The notes below the pieces were generated by a model. It was not told where the DNA came from and ran no database searches. It worked only from the letters and a program-made list of their open reading frames with translations. A stretch of 64,000 bases of DNA from a virus (Duplodnaviria; Caudoviricetes), in the IMG/VR virus record IMGVR_UViG_2885360797_000005; one strand, written 5' to 3'. Position 1 is the first letter of the stretch. Each line of letters begins with the position of its first letter. The translations under genes were made by a program, and so were the position numbers. Below are positions 58,001-64,000 of the stretch, one piece after another.

Positions 58001-61000
58001 GCACGAACACCACGCGCGGATTCTTCATACTTGCCACCTGCTCCGGGGTAAAGCCGTATTTCTTGTGTCCGAACTGCGCGAGGTAGTCATTGTATGCCCT
58101 ATCTGTGCCTTGACGCGCTGCGAGGTCGCCCGACATGGTGCGATTGTTGCCCGACAGCACCACGCCGTCCTTGCTCACTATTACTGGGTCTTGCAGGGCG
58201 CGGTTGTCATAGTTGCCTGCCATACCCTCAACTTTCTGCTGTGCGTCCTTATCACGCTGATAGTCGCGGTCGTTGACGCTTTGGCCGTTCTCATCAATCG
58301 GGAAACCCTCGGTGGGTGCATAAGCATTGTTCACATCATGGCTCGGCGAGGCGGCTCCTGCCTCGGTCAGAATGTATCTGCCGGAGATAGTAGAGCCGTC
58401 GGGCAGGGTCAGAGCGTCCTCGTTACCCTCCACCTTAGGAGCGGACTCCCAACGCTCGCGTATCTTCGGATTGACGGCATGAACGCCGATGCGCTCCTGC
58501 TCGGCCTGCTTCTCTGCCTTGATGCGCTGTTCCTCTTCAAATCGGGCGACAGCCTTATCATGGGCGATTGCGTCACGCTGACGGCGTTCCTCTTCCTGCT
58601 GACGGCGCAGCTCGGCTTTGCGCGTGTTGTGGACGGCAACAATGCCGTTCCATGCGTCAATGCGTGCCTGCGCCTCGGCAATCTGCTGATTGTACAGGGC
58701 GAGGTCGTTCTGATACTGCTCGGCTGCCTTGCGCTTGGCTTCTGCCATGGCCATGGGCGAACCTTTCAGTTTGGGGGCCTTCATTGTCGGCGGCTTCTTA
58801 TTGAGAGCTTCGAGGTCGGCGGTCGCCTGCTGAACCTGCGCCAAAGCGATTTCAACGGCATCATCCTCACCGCCGACAGCCTCAACAAGACCATCCCAGG
58901 CCGTTTCCTTATCCACGGCTTCAAAACTCGGCTCTCCTTTCTCGTTGAGAGGAATGCGCGAGAGTGCGGTCTGCTGTCCGTTTTCTACACTTGGGACCGT
59001 TTCGGGCGCGGTTTCTGCGTCTGAAACTGGGTTTTCCGTAGGATTGGGAACGCTTTCGGGCATTTCGGGAACGCTCTGCGCTTCCATAGCCCTGTTCTGC
59101 TGTTCGTATTCGTAAGCCTCAAGCAGACCACGTCCGAAGTCAGTCAGACGGTTGGAATCGGCGCGGAGGTTCTCAATCTCGGCGTTTAGTTTGACATCAT
59201 CGAAATTCTTTGCATCGTTCAGTCCGCTTTCATAGCCTCGGTCATACGCCTCGGTGTCGGCGGTCGCAGGTGCTTCCGCTTCGGGCTGGGCAAATGGGTC
59301 TATATCGTCCTGCTGTGGCTCTTCTCCCTCGGCAGATTCTTCGGGGGCAACGGCATTGTCGCCAAAGATATTCATCTGCTCCTGCTCGATCACCGACAAA
59401 GCGGTGTCCAGTTCGTCCTGCGGATTGACAGCCTCGGACACTTTGAAGATTTGGTCGGGGGATGTAAACTGATATTCCCCGGTCTGCGCGTCCATGACAA
59501 CGACACTCTCCGAAGAGTTGTGTACGTCAACGGCTGTGCCATCGGGGAACATTACAACATCACCCTTGACAATATAGACCGGTCGGTCATCCACTTTCAT
59601 GGTGGCAGGAATAATCACGCCATTGTCCTTGTGGGTGCGCTTGGCAACACTTTCCTCAACCTCGGCACGCTTGCGGTCGGCAACCTCGTTGGATGCGTCC
59701 ATAACGCCGTCAAGAGCCGCCTTCGCATTGATGTAGTAGAGGACAGCGTCTTTCTGCTCAATAGTCAGTTCGGGGTCATTGACCAACGCCCACGGATTTT
59801 CATTCACATGGAACATATAGTATTCGGCTTCAGAACCGAAAGCGTCCTCAACCGCTTGGTATGCTTCCTGCATACGCAGGGCGATAGCGTCCACGTCTGC
59901 CTGCACGGTCGGGTCGCCCTCTTCAAAGCGTCCGAACAACTCACGGCCCTGCTCATATTGGCTTTGCGCCTCTGCCTGCTCCGCAGTAGGCTCTGCGGCC
60001 TGCTGACGTACCTCTTCGGGAAAGAGCCGTTCAAGATACGTCTTGACGGCATCCTGCTCCGCTTTGGTGCGCTTGCTTGGCATCTTGCGCAGGACTGCAT
60101 CTACATCAATGCCAGTTTCCTCTTTCAGAGCCTCGCGGATTGCTTCGGGGCGATAGCGGTCGGCAATGTCGCGGTTGCGCTCCATAGCATCATCAAGGAA
60201 CTCAACCAACTGCTTCTGTGATTCGGTCACGTCCTTGTTACCGGCCTTGACTTCGCGATAGATTCTCTTGATGGTTGCAGGGTCGGCACCGGGCGACACC
60301 TCGCTGATAGCGGCATCAAGCACCATGTCATCGGCAACGGCCTCCTTGTACCGCTCACCAACGTCCACCGAGTTGAGTTCTGCCTGACGCATGATGTTGT
60401 CGGTTTCCTGCTTGGCTTCCTGCTCGTTCTTGAACGTGCGACTGGTAACGACCTCGCCATTGGCGGCTATGGAGTTGACGGTCACACGTCCGTCAGCGTC
60501 CGTGTTGGTGGTGTAACCAGTAACGGAAGCCATCGGAAGTCTGCGCCCAGTAAGTATGTAGTAGGCTTTTGCGCGTGCGGACTGGCTCACATTGCCGTCC
60601 TGCATGAGTTCTTCCATTGAGGAATAGCCGTCAAATTCGGGATTACGGCTGATTGTTTCAGCCTCAACGCGCTCTGCTCTCAACTCAATCGCTCCCTCGG
60701 TAGGGTTTGGTTGAGATACTTCCTGCACTCGGTCACGGCTGAACAGGTCGGCGAGTTCGCCATAGCCTGCCCTGCGCAGCTCTTCGCGCTCATCGGTGGT
60801 AAACCGCATTGCCTCTGCTACACGTCCGGCATCGTCAGCCCCTGTGAGATTGTTTATGTTGGCAGGGTCAAGAGCCTTGCGGATTCTCTCCTCGAAGTCC
60901 ATGCGGTTGTGGTTGCGCTCTGCCTGCGTCAGCGGTCGGCCGTTGACTGGCTTGACTGGGCGCAAACTGGCGATAACTCGCGGTGCGCTCTTGAGTCCGT

Positions 61001-62909
61001 GCTGTGCCTTGAAGCCTAACATCATCGCCATATTGTCAGTCCACACGTCCATTGCATCGGCATCGCCGTTTATCCATTCGGGAACGGAGAATATTGTACC
61101 CTCGGCAAGGGTCGATACTGCAACCTCGCCGAGGCGCACGCCTGCCTTGCCTGCTGTGGAGGTGGTTGCCTTGACAGTTTTGTCAGCGACATTGCCGATG
61201 ACTGGCGACAATGTGCCAGTCACGCTACCGAGTATGAGGCCATGACCGCCTGCGCTCAACACCGCTCCTGCTGAATAGCCCTCGTTCTCTCCAGTTTCGG
61301 GGTTGATGTGACCGCCGTGCAGGAACTGGCTCTCGCCCTCTTTCAGCATTTCGTATGTGGCGAAGTTGCCACCGCCTGCGGCTGCCCCGGTGATGATACG
61401 ACCAGTTAGCGAGGACGAGAAGAGGCGTGAGCCTACCTGCGTACTCATTGACGTGGCGGCTCTGCCTGCTACGATACGACCGCCGATGTTGATTGCTCCT
61501 TTGCCTGCGAGTGAGCCGACACCGCCCGACACCCATGTCACGGGGTCAACCGCCATGCCAGTAACGGTGCCTGCAATCTGTGCCACGTAGTGATTCTTGC
61601 CGTACTCGCCCATAGCGGCCTCGTAAGCTGCAAGGTCGCCACTCGTTCCTGCTTGGCTTCGGGCAAGACCTTTGCTGATTGAGTTAATCACGTTCATGTC
61701 GGCGACTATCCGACCGAAGTATTCCAATGTGCTTTTGGGCGTGTTCTGCTGAACGGCATACTGATACACGGCATTGTCGGTCAACTGGCGTGCCATCTGC
61801 GATGCGGTTGTCTGCAATTCCTCTTCGGATGCGTCAGGATATTGCTGACGCAGGCGGTTGTAGCAGTTGGCGGTAACCTTTGAGCCTGCACGCGCCCACG
61901 CATTGTCCATCATCTTCTGAAGGTCAAAGCGTGTCATGTGGGAAATATTATCGGCATGGCGGTTCATAGACGTTGTAACGATACGCATTTCACGTCCACC
62001 GCCCATAGCCGCATAATTGCTCCATTCGCGGTCGGCATTGCGCTCTTTGTCTGCCTTGTGCTTTTCCTCGGCTTCCTGCCAAAGTTCTGCTACGGCATCA
62101 TAGGCAGGAGCCTGTGCGTCATACTGCGCCTGCATTTCAACATCTTCGGGCTTGGCAGGGTCAAGTCCATTCTGCTTCATGCGGTTCTCGAACTGGTGGC
62201 GCAGGCGATTTTTACGAGCGGTATCCTCGGCGCGGTCAGCCGCGAACTGGCTTGTGGTCAGACTGCCATCGGGCATGAGCCACTGGGTTACTGGCTTGCC
62301 GTCAACATACTCCACTCCATAAGGCTGTGGCGAACCGCCGTCATAAATTTGACCAGATGGAACATTAAGACCCAATCCTGCGGTCGTTTTAGTCCCTGCG
62401 AGTTGTGCTTGGAACTTTTTGGCGGCTCTCTTCTTCCTGCCCTCGGGTGTGAACGGCTCGGTCATGCGCTGAACCTGCGCGATGCGTGCCTTTGACTTCT
62501 GATTGAAGTCGTTGAGCATTGTGTGAATCTGATACGACATCCGTATCTTATCCTGCTCGGTGGGATGCCATGCAGCCTGTTCGGGTTGAGACTGGACCGG
62601 TGCCTGCTCTTGCTCTTCCGCAGTTGCCGAAGCAGGTACGGAAGTAGGGGCTGCGGTCGCGGCAGGTTGAGCCTGCTGTTGTGGTGTCGGGGCGGTGGGC
62701 GCAGGCGCAGGTGTAGGTGCGCCAAATCCGATATTGCTCTCAAAGTCGGCGAACGGTTCCATGTTGTAGCCGTCAGCAACAAGAGCGTCATAAGCGGCTT
62801 TGCGCTTCTTGGGGTCTTTGAGGTTCTCGCGGAACTGCGCCTCTGGCTCCATCGCATAGCCGTTCTTGACAAATGCGTTATATAGATTGGTTACTTTATC
62901 TTCTGCCAT
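43068..62909 (-). CDS. Giant polyvalent (DarB-like) protein, probably virion-ejected
   Basis: 6613 aa: ParB-like (SGNNRT), inorganic pyrophosphatase-like (YGYIRGTEGVDGDHIDVF), BECR-like nuclease, N6-adenine MTase (LEGSAGIG, NVPF), SF2 helicase (HEVGTGKT, DEAH, TGTP, QRNGR), zincin (HEVAGH), second BECR/MuF-C-like domain, LPD38-like C-terminus. Confidence 0.9.
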   Translation of the reverse strand: MAEDKVTNLYNAFVKNGYAMEPEAQFRENLKDPKKRKAAYDALVADGYNMEPFADFESNIGFGAPTPAPAPTAPTPQQQAQPAATAAPTSVPASATAEEQEQAPVQSQPEQAAWHPTEQDKIRMSYQIHTMLNDFNQKSKARIAQVQRMTEPFTPEGRKKRAAKKFQAQLAGTKTTAGLGLNVPSGQIYDGGSPQPYGVEYVDGKPVTQWLMPDGSLTTSQFAADRAEDTARKNRLRHQFENRMKQNGLDPAKPEDVEMQAQYDAQAPAYDAVAELWQEAEEKHKADKERNADREWSNYAAMGGGREMRIVTTSMNRHADNISHMTRFDLQKMMDNAWARAGSKVTANCYNRLRQQYPDASEEELQTTASQMARQLTDNAVYQYAVQQNTPKSTLEYFGRIVADMNVINSISKGLARSQAGTSGDLAAYEAAMGEYGKNHYVAQIAGTVTGMAVDPVTWVSGGVGSLAGKGAINIGGRIVAGRAATSMSTQVGSRLFSSSLTGRIITGAAAGGGNFATYEMLKEGESQFLHGGHINPETGENEGYSAGAVLSAGGHGLILGSVTGTLSPVIGNVADKTVKATTSTAGKAGVRLGEVAVSTLAEGTIFSVPEWINGDADAMDVWTDNMAMMLGFKAQHGLKSAPRVIASLRPVKPVNGRPLTQAERNHNRMDFEERIRKALDPANINNLTGADDAGRVAEAMRFTTDEREELRRAGYGELADLFSRDRVQEVSQPNPTEGAIELRAERVEAETISRNPEFDGYSSMEELMQDGNVSQSARAKAYYILTGRRLPMASVTGYTTNTDADGRVTVNSIAANGEVVTSRTFKNEQEAKQETDNIMRQAELNSVDVGERYKEAVADDMVLDAAISEVSPGADPATIKRIYREVKAGNKDVTESQKQLVEFLDDAMERNRDIADRYRPEAIREALKEETGIDVDAVLRKMPSKRTKAEQDAVKTYLERLFPEEVRQQAAEPTAEQAEAQSQYEQGRELFGRFEEGDPTVQADVDAIALRMQEAYQAVEDAFGSEAEYYMFHVNENPWALVNDPELTIEQKDAVLYYINAKAALDGVMDASNEVADRKRAEVEESVAKRTHKDNGVIIPATMKVDDRPVYIVKGDVVMFPDGTAVDVHNSSESVVVMDAQTGEYQFTSPDQIFKVSEAVNPQDELDTALSVIEQEQMNIFGDNAVAPEESAEGEEPQQDDIDPFAQPEAEAPATADTEAYDRGYESGLNDAKNFDDVKLNAEIENLRADSNRLTDFGRGLLEAYEYEQQNRAMEAQSVPEMPESVPNPTENPVSDAETAPETVPSVENGQQTALSRIPLNEKGEPSFEAVDKETAWDGLVEAVGGEDDAVEIALAQVQQATADLEALNKKPPTMKAPKLKGSPMAMAEAKRKAAEQYQNDLALYNQQIAEAQARIDAWNGIVAVHNTRKAELRRQQEEERRQRDAIAHDKAVARFEEEQRIKAEKQAEQERIGVHAVNPKIRERWESAPKVEGNEDALTLPDGSTISGRYILTEAGAASPSHDVNNAYAPTEGFPIDENGQSVNDRDYQRDKDAQQKVEGMAGNYDNRALQDPVIVSKDGVVLSGNNRTMSGDLAARQGTDRAYNDYLAQFGHKKYGFTPEQVASMKNPRVVFVPDEALPYDATTFARFNAQEKKSQGKPEAAVKLGKIVPDNVFNVIVNDISRYDRLSDYYADEKAVAHALGALMQAGVINDMQMPELRTGTALSAAGKELIENTLIGKVFQTSPDAVRQIISMPTLRQSIVMGLNEIANNRTLARNGYDISEELAKAVDLVTRAKAAMPDVYTDGMPVSPFGRMQGLFDDEFGDSRVTDATALLLADILNSGKPSDLRKVLTSYNNEAAQASGGQLDMFSGSIPSKEEILTNVNEHFRNATPKEQQALVEAAIAERKRRAEAEQLGRDQESEQTPNDVERSAEPQQPVAGTREELTPEEQALAARVEITENDWEEGDSDKPTYKCEIIIDGTHIVTQVDAPNEDGHYTGSYFEFDGKRFGDIAEIAQYIDGHPSAELKVDGGMQSEPTEAQKAAGNYKMEHRKVDGYNVSIENAKGSVRRGTGADGKPWETTMQNDYGYIRGTEGVDGDHIDVFLSDTPEEGDVFVVDQVNEDGSFDEHKVMYGFPTEQAARYAYLSNYEPGWTGLGAITHVSKEEFKKWIQSSRRKTKPFAEYKSVKAIEGNGMIGRSLTEQEATELIARMEATAEVAPSIELTPENWIAQFGEDGTVETPIGIVKMGANQLLKLYSLKRTEYFSMIHPTLNTPDVIIEKNAPAEGAERDSKYLFVKTFIKSDGSRLVHFESVTVQRDGMEVSISSHEAEGKAIKKEMQNGKILHLSESLSPSSERYLTEAPSESEGPDLVPTSDNNVKGKEREDGQSLILPSESSEEAGALSGPTLDSPSDRKVNTLSADKQTESAESSEPYTITPTTYTNKKGKTSDVHLVKFNRELTAEQKAALDTFAREPLTEGKKTSRGWYDRKQGGYMMRSEEAARQLAEMIGNEEAVADAQPMTAEELREAVAPAAPAEKKPARKPKKAPINRVSLEDVMTDLSTKGETKLSDHAEPVKAEPEQQHEISDDEMKSLADELRDLLGIGDDEGDTNIKFRDPGELTAQERQRIQSAGIRLAMGLIERGTTAFPDYATKMVGLLGDKIRPWLKSFYEGARWTPGYDKYTFTPTEQVATFDVQNFDKKQADPIAQAAMIVEERKASTASAQAQKELTETRNKNRRENDKQTEADTAALAEKAEAVAGEAESIAETSADAGELNRASELIDQTLDEINDQLAVLGYYEAVEDDSKFHESYGYMLTAEKKAVADATKLAKQLVNDLGIDIKVTSATTLGRKRVKKGTAVRANIAPAGGDVIVNLPLNEGRILAIYIGLEPVAERGTRRRGDNLAVERILYRVENPNGSGMERWGYNMYAPVESTYADFLRRVKEITRDYLPKEKSVDELWHEWSDMAERGESPYTITPEVEAQLAEERKVDVTHNGYKVGDEVMWDRYGNGNWEKVKIEDFDTDGGPIFEAVKDVMSEKGDWSRVKPADGIFGEAKRVARAAQEKKRSSRKKDVTLKPEQPVGDLFGGLFDNTQNSSNHEETDVQPRPGTAERERGHEPQSHEPLGESQRNEVKGTDGRGMGGRSSVNPMSDGERGAGVPRKPKSQPVIEPVPESERKNVRNNHAERGVDYAPKGEDARIKANMEAIELAKRLLDAGETATPEQMAVLRKFSGWGGLGKAFNEQGYTPNPIAKRLKELLGEDGYQDAVDSRRSAYYTPAEVIDTMWDVARAMGFKGGNVLEGSAGIGNIIGLMPTDMSERSSIHAVEIDRTTGGILSLLYPDAKVEIQGFEKTRVQNGTVDLAITNVPFITGAKVFDETGDKDLSKKFHDIHDFCIAKNIRKLREGGIGIFITSSGTMDNSKELRLWIIGEGNADVVGAFRMHNKTFGGTGATSDIIVVRKRVNGKPSPNAIDVTDAIGVRVADYDTGDTRKVKGQEIPVIKQYSMMYNKYFAEHPENMAGEMMFNFERGETRFPTSRALFPVKEKEQSKMLSEWASSFADMEEEATAAPKVEDEITRINEQLGEGVKEGSMVLNSQGELCMARMGEAVPLGLNKNKVKGHTKAECFKAYSAIKKALSDVLEYQSSNEGDEGLAPLLKELNRAFDTFTRTYGNLHKNTAISFLRNDVDFSSILALETYSEKGDKKGNKVVKVGKTDIFSHRVIDTEKEPQPTTIKDAILASLYKSGGVDVEYIGQALGKPTEEVKREIVSSGPGFENPSTGTMEVSYKYLSGNVREKLHIAQENNADGRYDANIKALEGVMPMTIPAHLIEFSLGSSWIEPKLYEDFVFEKTGLRVTLTNAGGTWFMKTPWSTFNEKNRAMAVVSKMCDKTIMGHELIEAAITNRQITVSKTEKHYDGSTKTITDKAATAECGTKVDEIRAEFKDWAREHMQADPAMSARIEQTYNDQFNNYVPMSIPDEFVPQHFGGQVSELHGNPFALRPHQGRAVVRGTTEPILLAHEVGTGKTYTLITTAMEMRRLGTARKPMIVVQNATVGQFVESAKEIYPNAKVLTIEEADRTAEGRKNFYAKIKYNDWDMIVVPQSVFERIPDSEEREMAYVKDIIEEKMKVLEAMREADSDGRSLIVRQAERELAEQEARLAELTETMQGKKKKRDEKREATTRQNAEVRALEMLDREVDDVENFDDMGIDAILVDEAHEYKHLGFATAMQRGVKGVDPSYSKKSQGVFLKAQAVMERNNGRNVVFATGTPISNTAAEIWTFMRYLMPVDTMKSYGIYYFDDFVRNFGNIAQMVEFSTNGKFKENNRFAGYVNLPELVRIWSSVADTVLTREAGGVSDKIPDMEGGKPQDIYLPQTRAMRSVMKYVKAELDRYDNMTGKEKKENSHIPLTMYGIAKAAAVDVRLVVPNAEDDPNSKTNATVRETLRSLRDSEKYKGTVAIFSDNYQNKQSGFNLYEDIRKKLIAEGVPAEQIVVIKPGMTVKRKLDIFEKVNAGEIRVIMGSTFTLGTGVNIQERLHTLIHVDAPNRPMDYTQRNGRALRQGNLHKDMDIPVRIIRFGVEDSLDVTAYQRLKTKGAIADSIMNGSKMMQNSMENRVLEEEEDSFGDMTAQLSGSEYAILKNQAEREVRNLTAKQKGHDLDQIYVHNQLPKVEGFIKGAERRIEIETKNLEIIGSHFPDGTIKKITIGKLTFDSVAAMDDFFKEQNAKMNEAAENVREGADNYTSKLVVDVDGLKFEVTTTVSRTVDSKGQGTLTFEPERNVTYSCEELGIKDQAIKGNRLKNIMQKIAEDIVTGRESRELLSRGQQQLAHYTEERTQLEQRNGREFPHKQELAEAKERLAKYEEAMKKELAEKEAKYAELDKSVETASDITLTDEDSTDTPTTGDGNKYRLVAERELLDFLDAQPLKKGYRYSQWANMGVLPPMTAKQNGEWRAPMIFSRWEQSEEGMRKENGKADLVQGNGRTTGDVAYNPYFHIRTSPLNDQFTAAYDRPELLVVEGYYPESEETSGYQAEGAKDSVGLMDWHSGSVNGQLSDDTKVQTMLSRYFKPGRIVPWSEVADLIMERVGNQKITFPINAVPPMLRAELAKRGAKFGDISGSVAEADIPMLNELRDRVNAGEWDAGLEKARAYLDAYESSTEAKEARVADLSARANTPVRIVRTQEEADALPTRRERRAKGWWSAKDDEVVIVLPNNVNVADVDNTFVHEVAGHKGLRALVGEERFDEFLGEIYDHASNPIRKVIDKMTDRMVSEEADRLRTRKAQAHERAGKDVNANYYTDMAEARVEAEAKRKDFRKEATEEYMADLAGRIGSEGFEKMSRDELTLWGKIKAKVQSFLDKFLSGLKIAKSIRLNDKDLSYILFKSWKNMRDKQGKGGVFADAEDAVMRHRTGWGEAMLSESAKIEDANNRFNKELQRQVDGNLPDGHIYQLGMPSNILRSTGVPNLPIQMSATRLRAKATEYGHDFDLAEIRNLVKELQTPMAVFAYGNKGKMQNIIVGIESNGKQFIVGLSLNPIVNGKALEINSVRNVFPKHNAEWLNWISQGKLLYADKQKIQALIDKQRTILADVDYLDLEDVAKVIKTFENPTFDGDEDVRFRDGADYVERVPVMARAMYEKQIQSSMYQFTEAMQDSMRGLMEFYKAVESQGAKRDIEDVSSFENAYIAENLMSSKSHAEMDEYEHRILRPLLDIAARMSGDKRGREELLDYMMAKHGLERNAYMRNEAIANGEESERDFAGLCGLTGETDWQNAEIVAQQMVDDYEAAHSTDIPALWSAVNKATKTSLQKIYNCGLISKAQYEKIRDMYNFYIPLQGFDEKTSDDVYGYLTSKKGAFSSPIKKAEGRKSKADDPLATIAYMAQNSIIQGNRNVMKQKFLTYVQNHPSDLASVNKLWLVHDEITDTWKPVFADVDENMTPDEIDKVVMDFEERMESLSQSEPDKYKRGRDAIGIPYRIVDGNIKEHQVVVKRNGESYVITINGNPRAAQAVNGLTNPDNDLNGAIGKVFNIASTVNRELSQLYTTRNPDFVVSNFIRDLIYSNTMVHVKENQGYAMRFHKNHAKVNPIRMVELLHLYEANKLDMRNPMHRMFYEFMHWGGETGYTLQRNLEQEKKLVSKIMKEARRGQLNPMSILGLIGNNLDQINRAVENSARFAAFITSREVGRDVQRSAYDAKEISVNFNKKGAGSKFMDATGQTFAGKAAGFTSGLGRSFYVFWNAAIQGTANFGKAFRKHPVKSITAATSLLLLGYIMALLADDGDDEDKNGYYNVPKYTRRSNLMFRFGEQWLTIPLPVEYRAIYGLGELAYSVTSGREEYSDAELAKETASQLSQLLPLDFMEGGGGLHAFVPSAFKPMVETATNTSWTGLPIYKNTPFNKNMPEWTKAYPRTNTQLVELSRWANEASGGNNYAAGWANFNPAQLEYLLNGYFGGYSNVINKMVKTGETMLGEREYDPSSILLVNRLVKMGDERTAEKKINSDFFKYLEEYRRTHTLLRKYEDEAERGSDRYSIFLDALKHSRDGARHDVMDEYITDYNWLNRATKDSEIADEERATYEEEMRRLKREVVSLMKVAHDSVQVNKMKERFAEEYIQQ
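46098..46180 (+). ncRNA. Candidate antisense small RNA with its own promoter and terminator
   Basis: TACCTTTG (46098-46105), long stem-loop at 46114-46174, then T6. Confidence 0.45.
53387..53596 (-). CDS. Overprinted 69-aa ORF in an alternate frame of the giant gene
   Basis: A-rich leader before the ATG; globular amphipathic composition while the main frame is linker-like. Confidence 0.5.
   Translation of the reverse strand: MKKLTYNLAPALPSEKEDTNLNRMNRWERANGMKLKELTDEEWVDVVASILCLTESEAQAYLESLRANQ
55625..55760 (+). ncRNA. Candidate antisense four-way-junction RNA with a full consensus promoter
   Basis: TTTG-N20-TAACTTTG (55625-55656), followed by a closing stem and three hairpins at 55674-55751. 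Confidence 0.5.
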
Positions 62910-62921
62910 AGTGGATTATGA

Positions 62922-63998
62922 TTATGCGGTTGGAGATTGTCTGCCGGTGGGGCTGGGTTTGCCTGCATGACCGCCTTTCGTGGTCTTGGTCGATGTACGC
63001 TTTTGAGGCTTGGATTCGGGCGTGCGCCTTGTTTCGGTTGTCGTTGTTTCCGTTTCGTCCTCTTCTTTCCATGTGCCGTGCTGTTTGGCATAGGCTTCTG
63101 CGGCTTCTCTTGTGCGAAACTTATGCTCGTTGCCATGCTCATCCCATGCAGAGAACTCATTTTGATTGGAGCGGCCGTGTGCAGCCGCAGAGGCGCGAGA
63201 GTTGGCGGCCGAAGCGTCCAAACTGCCTTTTCTCGCTTTTTCGGTGGCGATTTTAGCCCGCTGGAGTTCGGGAGCTGCCTCGGCTTCTGCTTTCGCTGTG
63301 ATAGCTTCCTGCTCGGCTCGGTTGGCCTTGCCTGCCTGCTCACGCTGTTTGTCAGGTTGCAGAACAGCCGCCCAACCGTGCGCCTCAGCTTCACGCTGAG
63401 CCTTTTCGCGTGCCAGTTTCTGACGCTCCTGCTGTGCTTCCAGTTCGCGCAAGGTCTTGGCACGCTCATTTTCAAGGTCTCCGAGTTTGAGCGAGAATTG
63501 CAGATACTTGTCGGCATTCTTCTCACGCTCCGCTTTCAGACGTTCAAGGCGTGCGTCAACGGCATTAGTCATGCTCCCTTTCTCATGGTTGTACATATCG
63601 GGAGCATACTGCGATGTAAAATACAGATTGCTCAACGCCGATATGCCGTCACTGACAGCAGCGATAATACGCTTGGATTTCTCCCTGCGCTCACGCTTCT
63701 TTCGCTCTTCCTCGGTTTCGGGGCGGTTGCCCTCCGCGTCCATCCAGTCTTGAATGGTCTTGATTTGTCGGTCAGTACCTGCGGTAGCGTCCACGCGCTG
63801 TTGCTGTTCGGGAGAAACAGCAGGCGTTTGGTGTTCCGTGTCGGTTGAAGCCGCAGGGGAATCCGCAGGTGGCGGTGGTGTGGGCGTAGTGGATGCACCG
63901 CCAGTCGGAGGAGTGACGGTCTGCTGTGCTTCGTAAGCCTCTAATGTGCCGGGGGCAGGGTTGGGTGTCGGTGTCAGTTCGGGTGCGTTGTCACCGCT
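62922..63998 (-). CDS. Coiled-coil putative ejection/internal virion protein, 5' end outside the window
   Basis: The frame is open to the window edge through a P/T-rich region; IIAAVSDGISALSNL helix then a long coiled coil; upstream of the giant gene. Confidence 0.65.
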   Translation of the reverse strand, partial: SGDNAPELTPTPNPAPGTLEAYEAQQTVTPPTGGASTTPTPPPPADSPAASTDTEHQTPAVSPEQQQRVDATAGTDRQIKTIQDWMDAEGNRPETEEERKKRERREKSKRIIAAVSDGISALSNLYFTSQYAPDMYNHEKGSMTNAVDARLERLKAEREKNADKYLQFSLKLGDLENERAKTLRELEAQQERQKLAREKAQREAEAHGWAAVLQPDKQREQAGKANRAEQEAITAKAEAEAAPELQRAKIATEKARKGSLDASAANSRASAAAHGRSNQNEFSAWDEHGNEHKFRTREAAEAYAKQHGTWKEEDETETTTTETRRTPESKPQKRTSTKTTKGGHAGKPSPTGRQSPTA

Positions 63999-64000
63999 AT

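Noticed and set aside
62937-63848. 303-aa plus-strand ORF, likewise 57675-59024 and 47628-48497
   Set aside because: Antisense shadows of long coding sequences with biased codon usage.
1-64000. A second, remote VR targeted by the same TR, for example nested in a methyltransferase
   Set aside because: None was found by eye. A BLASTN-short of TR against the full genome is needed to exclude it.

Overview
The whole window is one temperate tailed phage of a Bacteroidales host, with Bacteroidetes-type TAnnTTTG promoters and A/T-rich translation starts. It has a podovirus-like structural set, and no tape-measure or sheath gene is visible. Order: tyrosine integrase (cut by a probable IS21-like end at the window start), putative att region, CI/Cro switch, early genes (atypical tRNA-like gene, RecT/RecE, SNF2 helicase, HU, initiator plus loader ATPase, ASCH, radical SAM, C5 DNA methyltransferase), tail stabilisation protein, three paralogous ring proteins, lysis cassette, a diversity-generating retroelement (DGR), head genes, terminase, portal, and a 6613-aa polyvalent DarB-like protein. 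The clearest system is the DGR. It has an RT at 24598-25920, a template repeat at 25924-26039 and a variable repeat at 26206-26321, with 14 mismatches, all at TR adenines. It diversifies the C-terminus of a 2800-aa fibre that also carries LamG-like, CotH-kinase-like and LRR regions. No avd gene is recognisable; instead an extra module is split from the RT C-terminus by a frameshift. Candidates for undescribed biology: (1) two antisense promoter plus structured small-RNA units at the 3' ends of the two nuclease-like domains of the polyvalent gene, possibly RNA antitoxins; (2) a 56-aa gene duplicating the capsid N-terminal arm; (3) a five-copy late-promoter motif with exact 23-bp spacing; (4) a class-II tRNA-like gene with a non-canonical anticodon arm; (5) an overprinted 69-aa ORF inside the giant gene. 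All family assignments come from motif reading by eye, not database searches.
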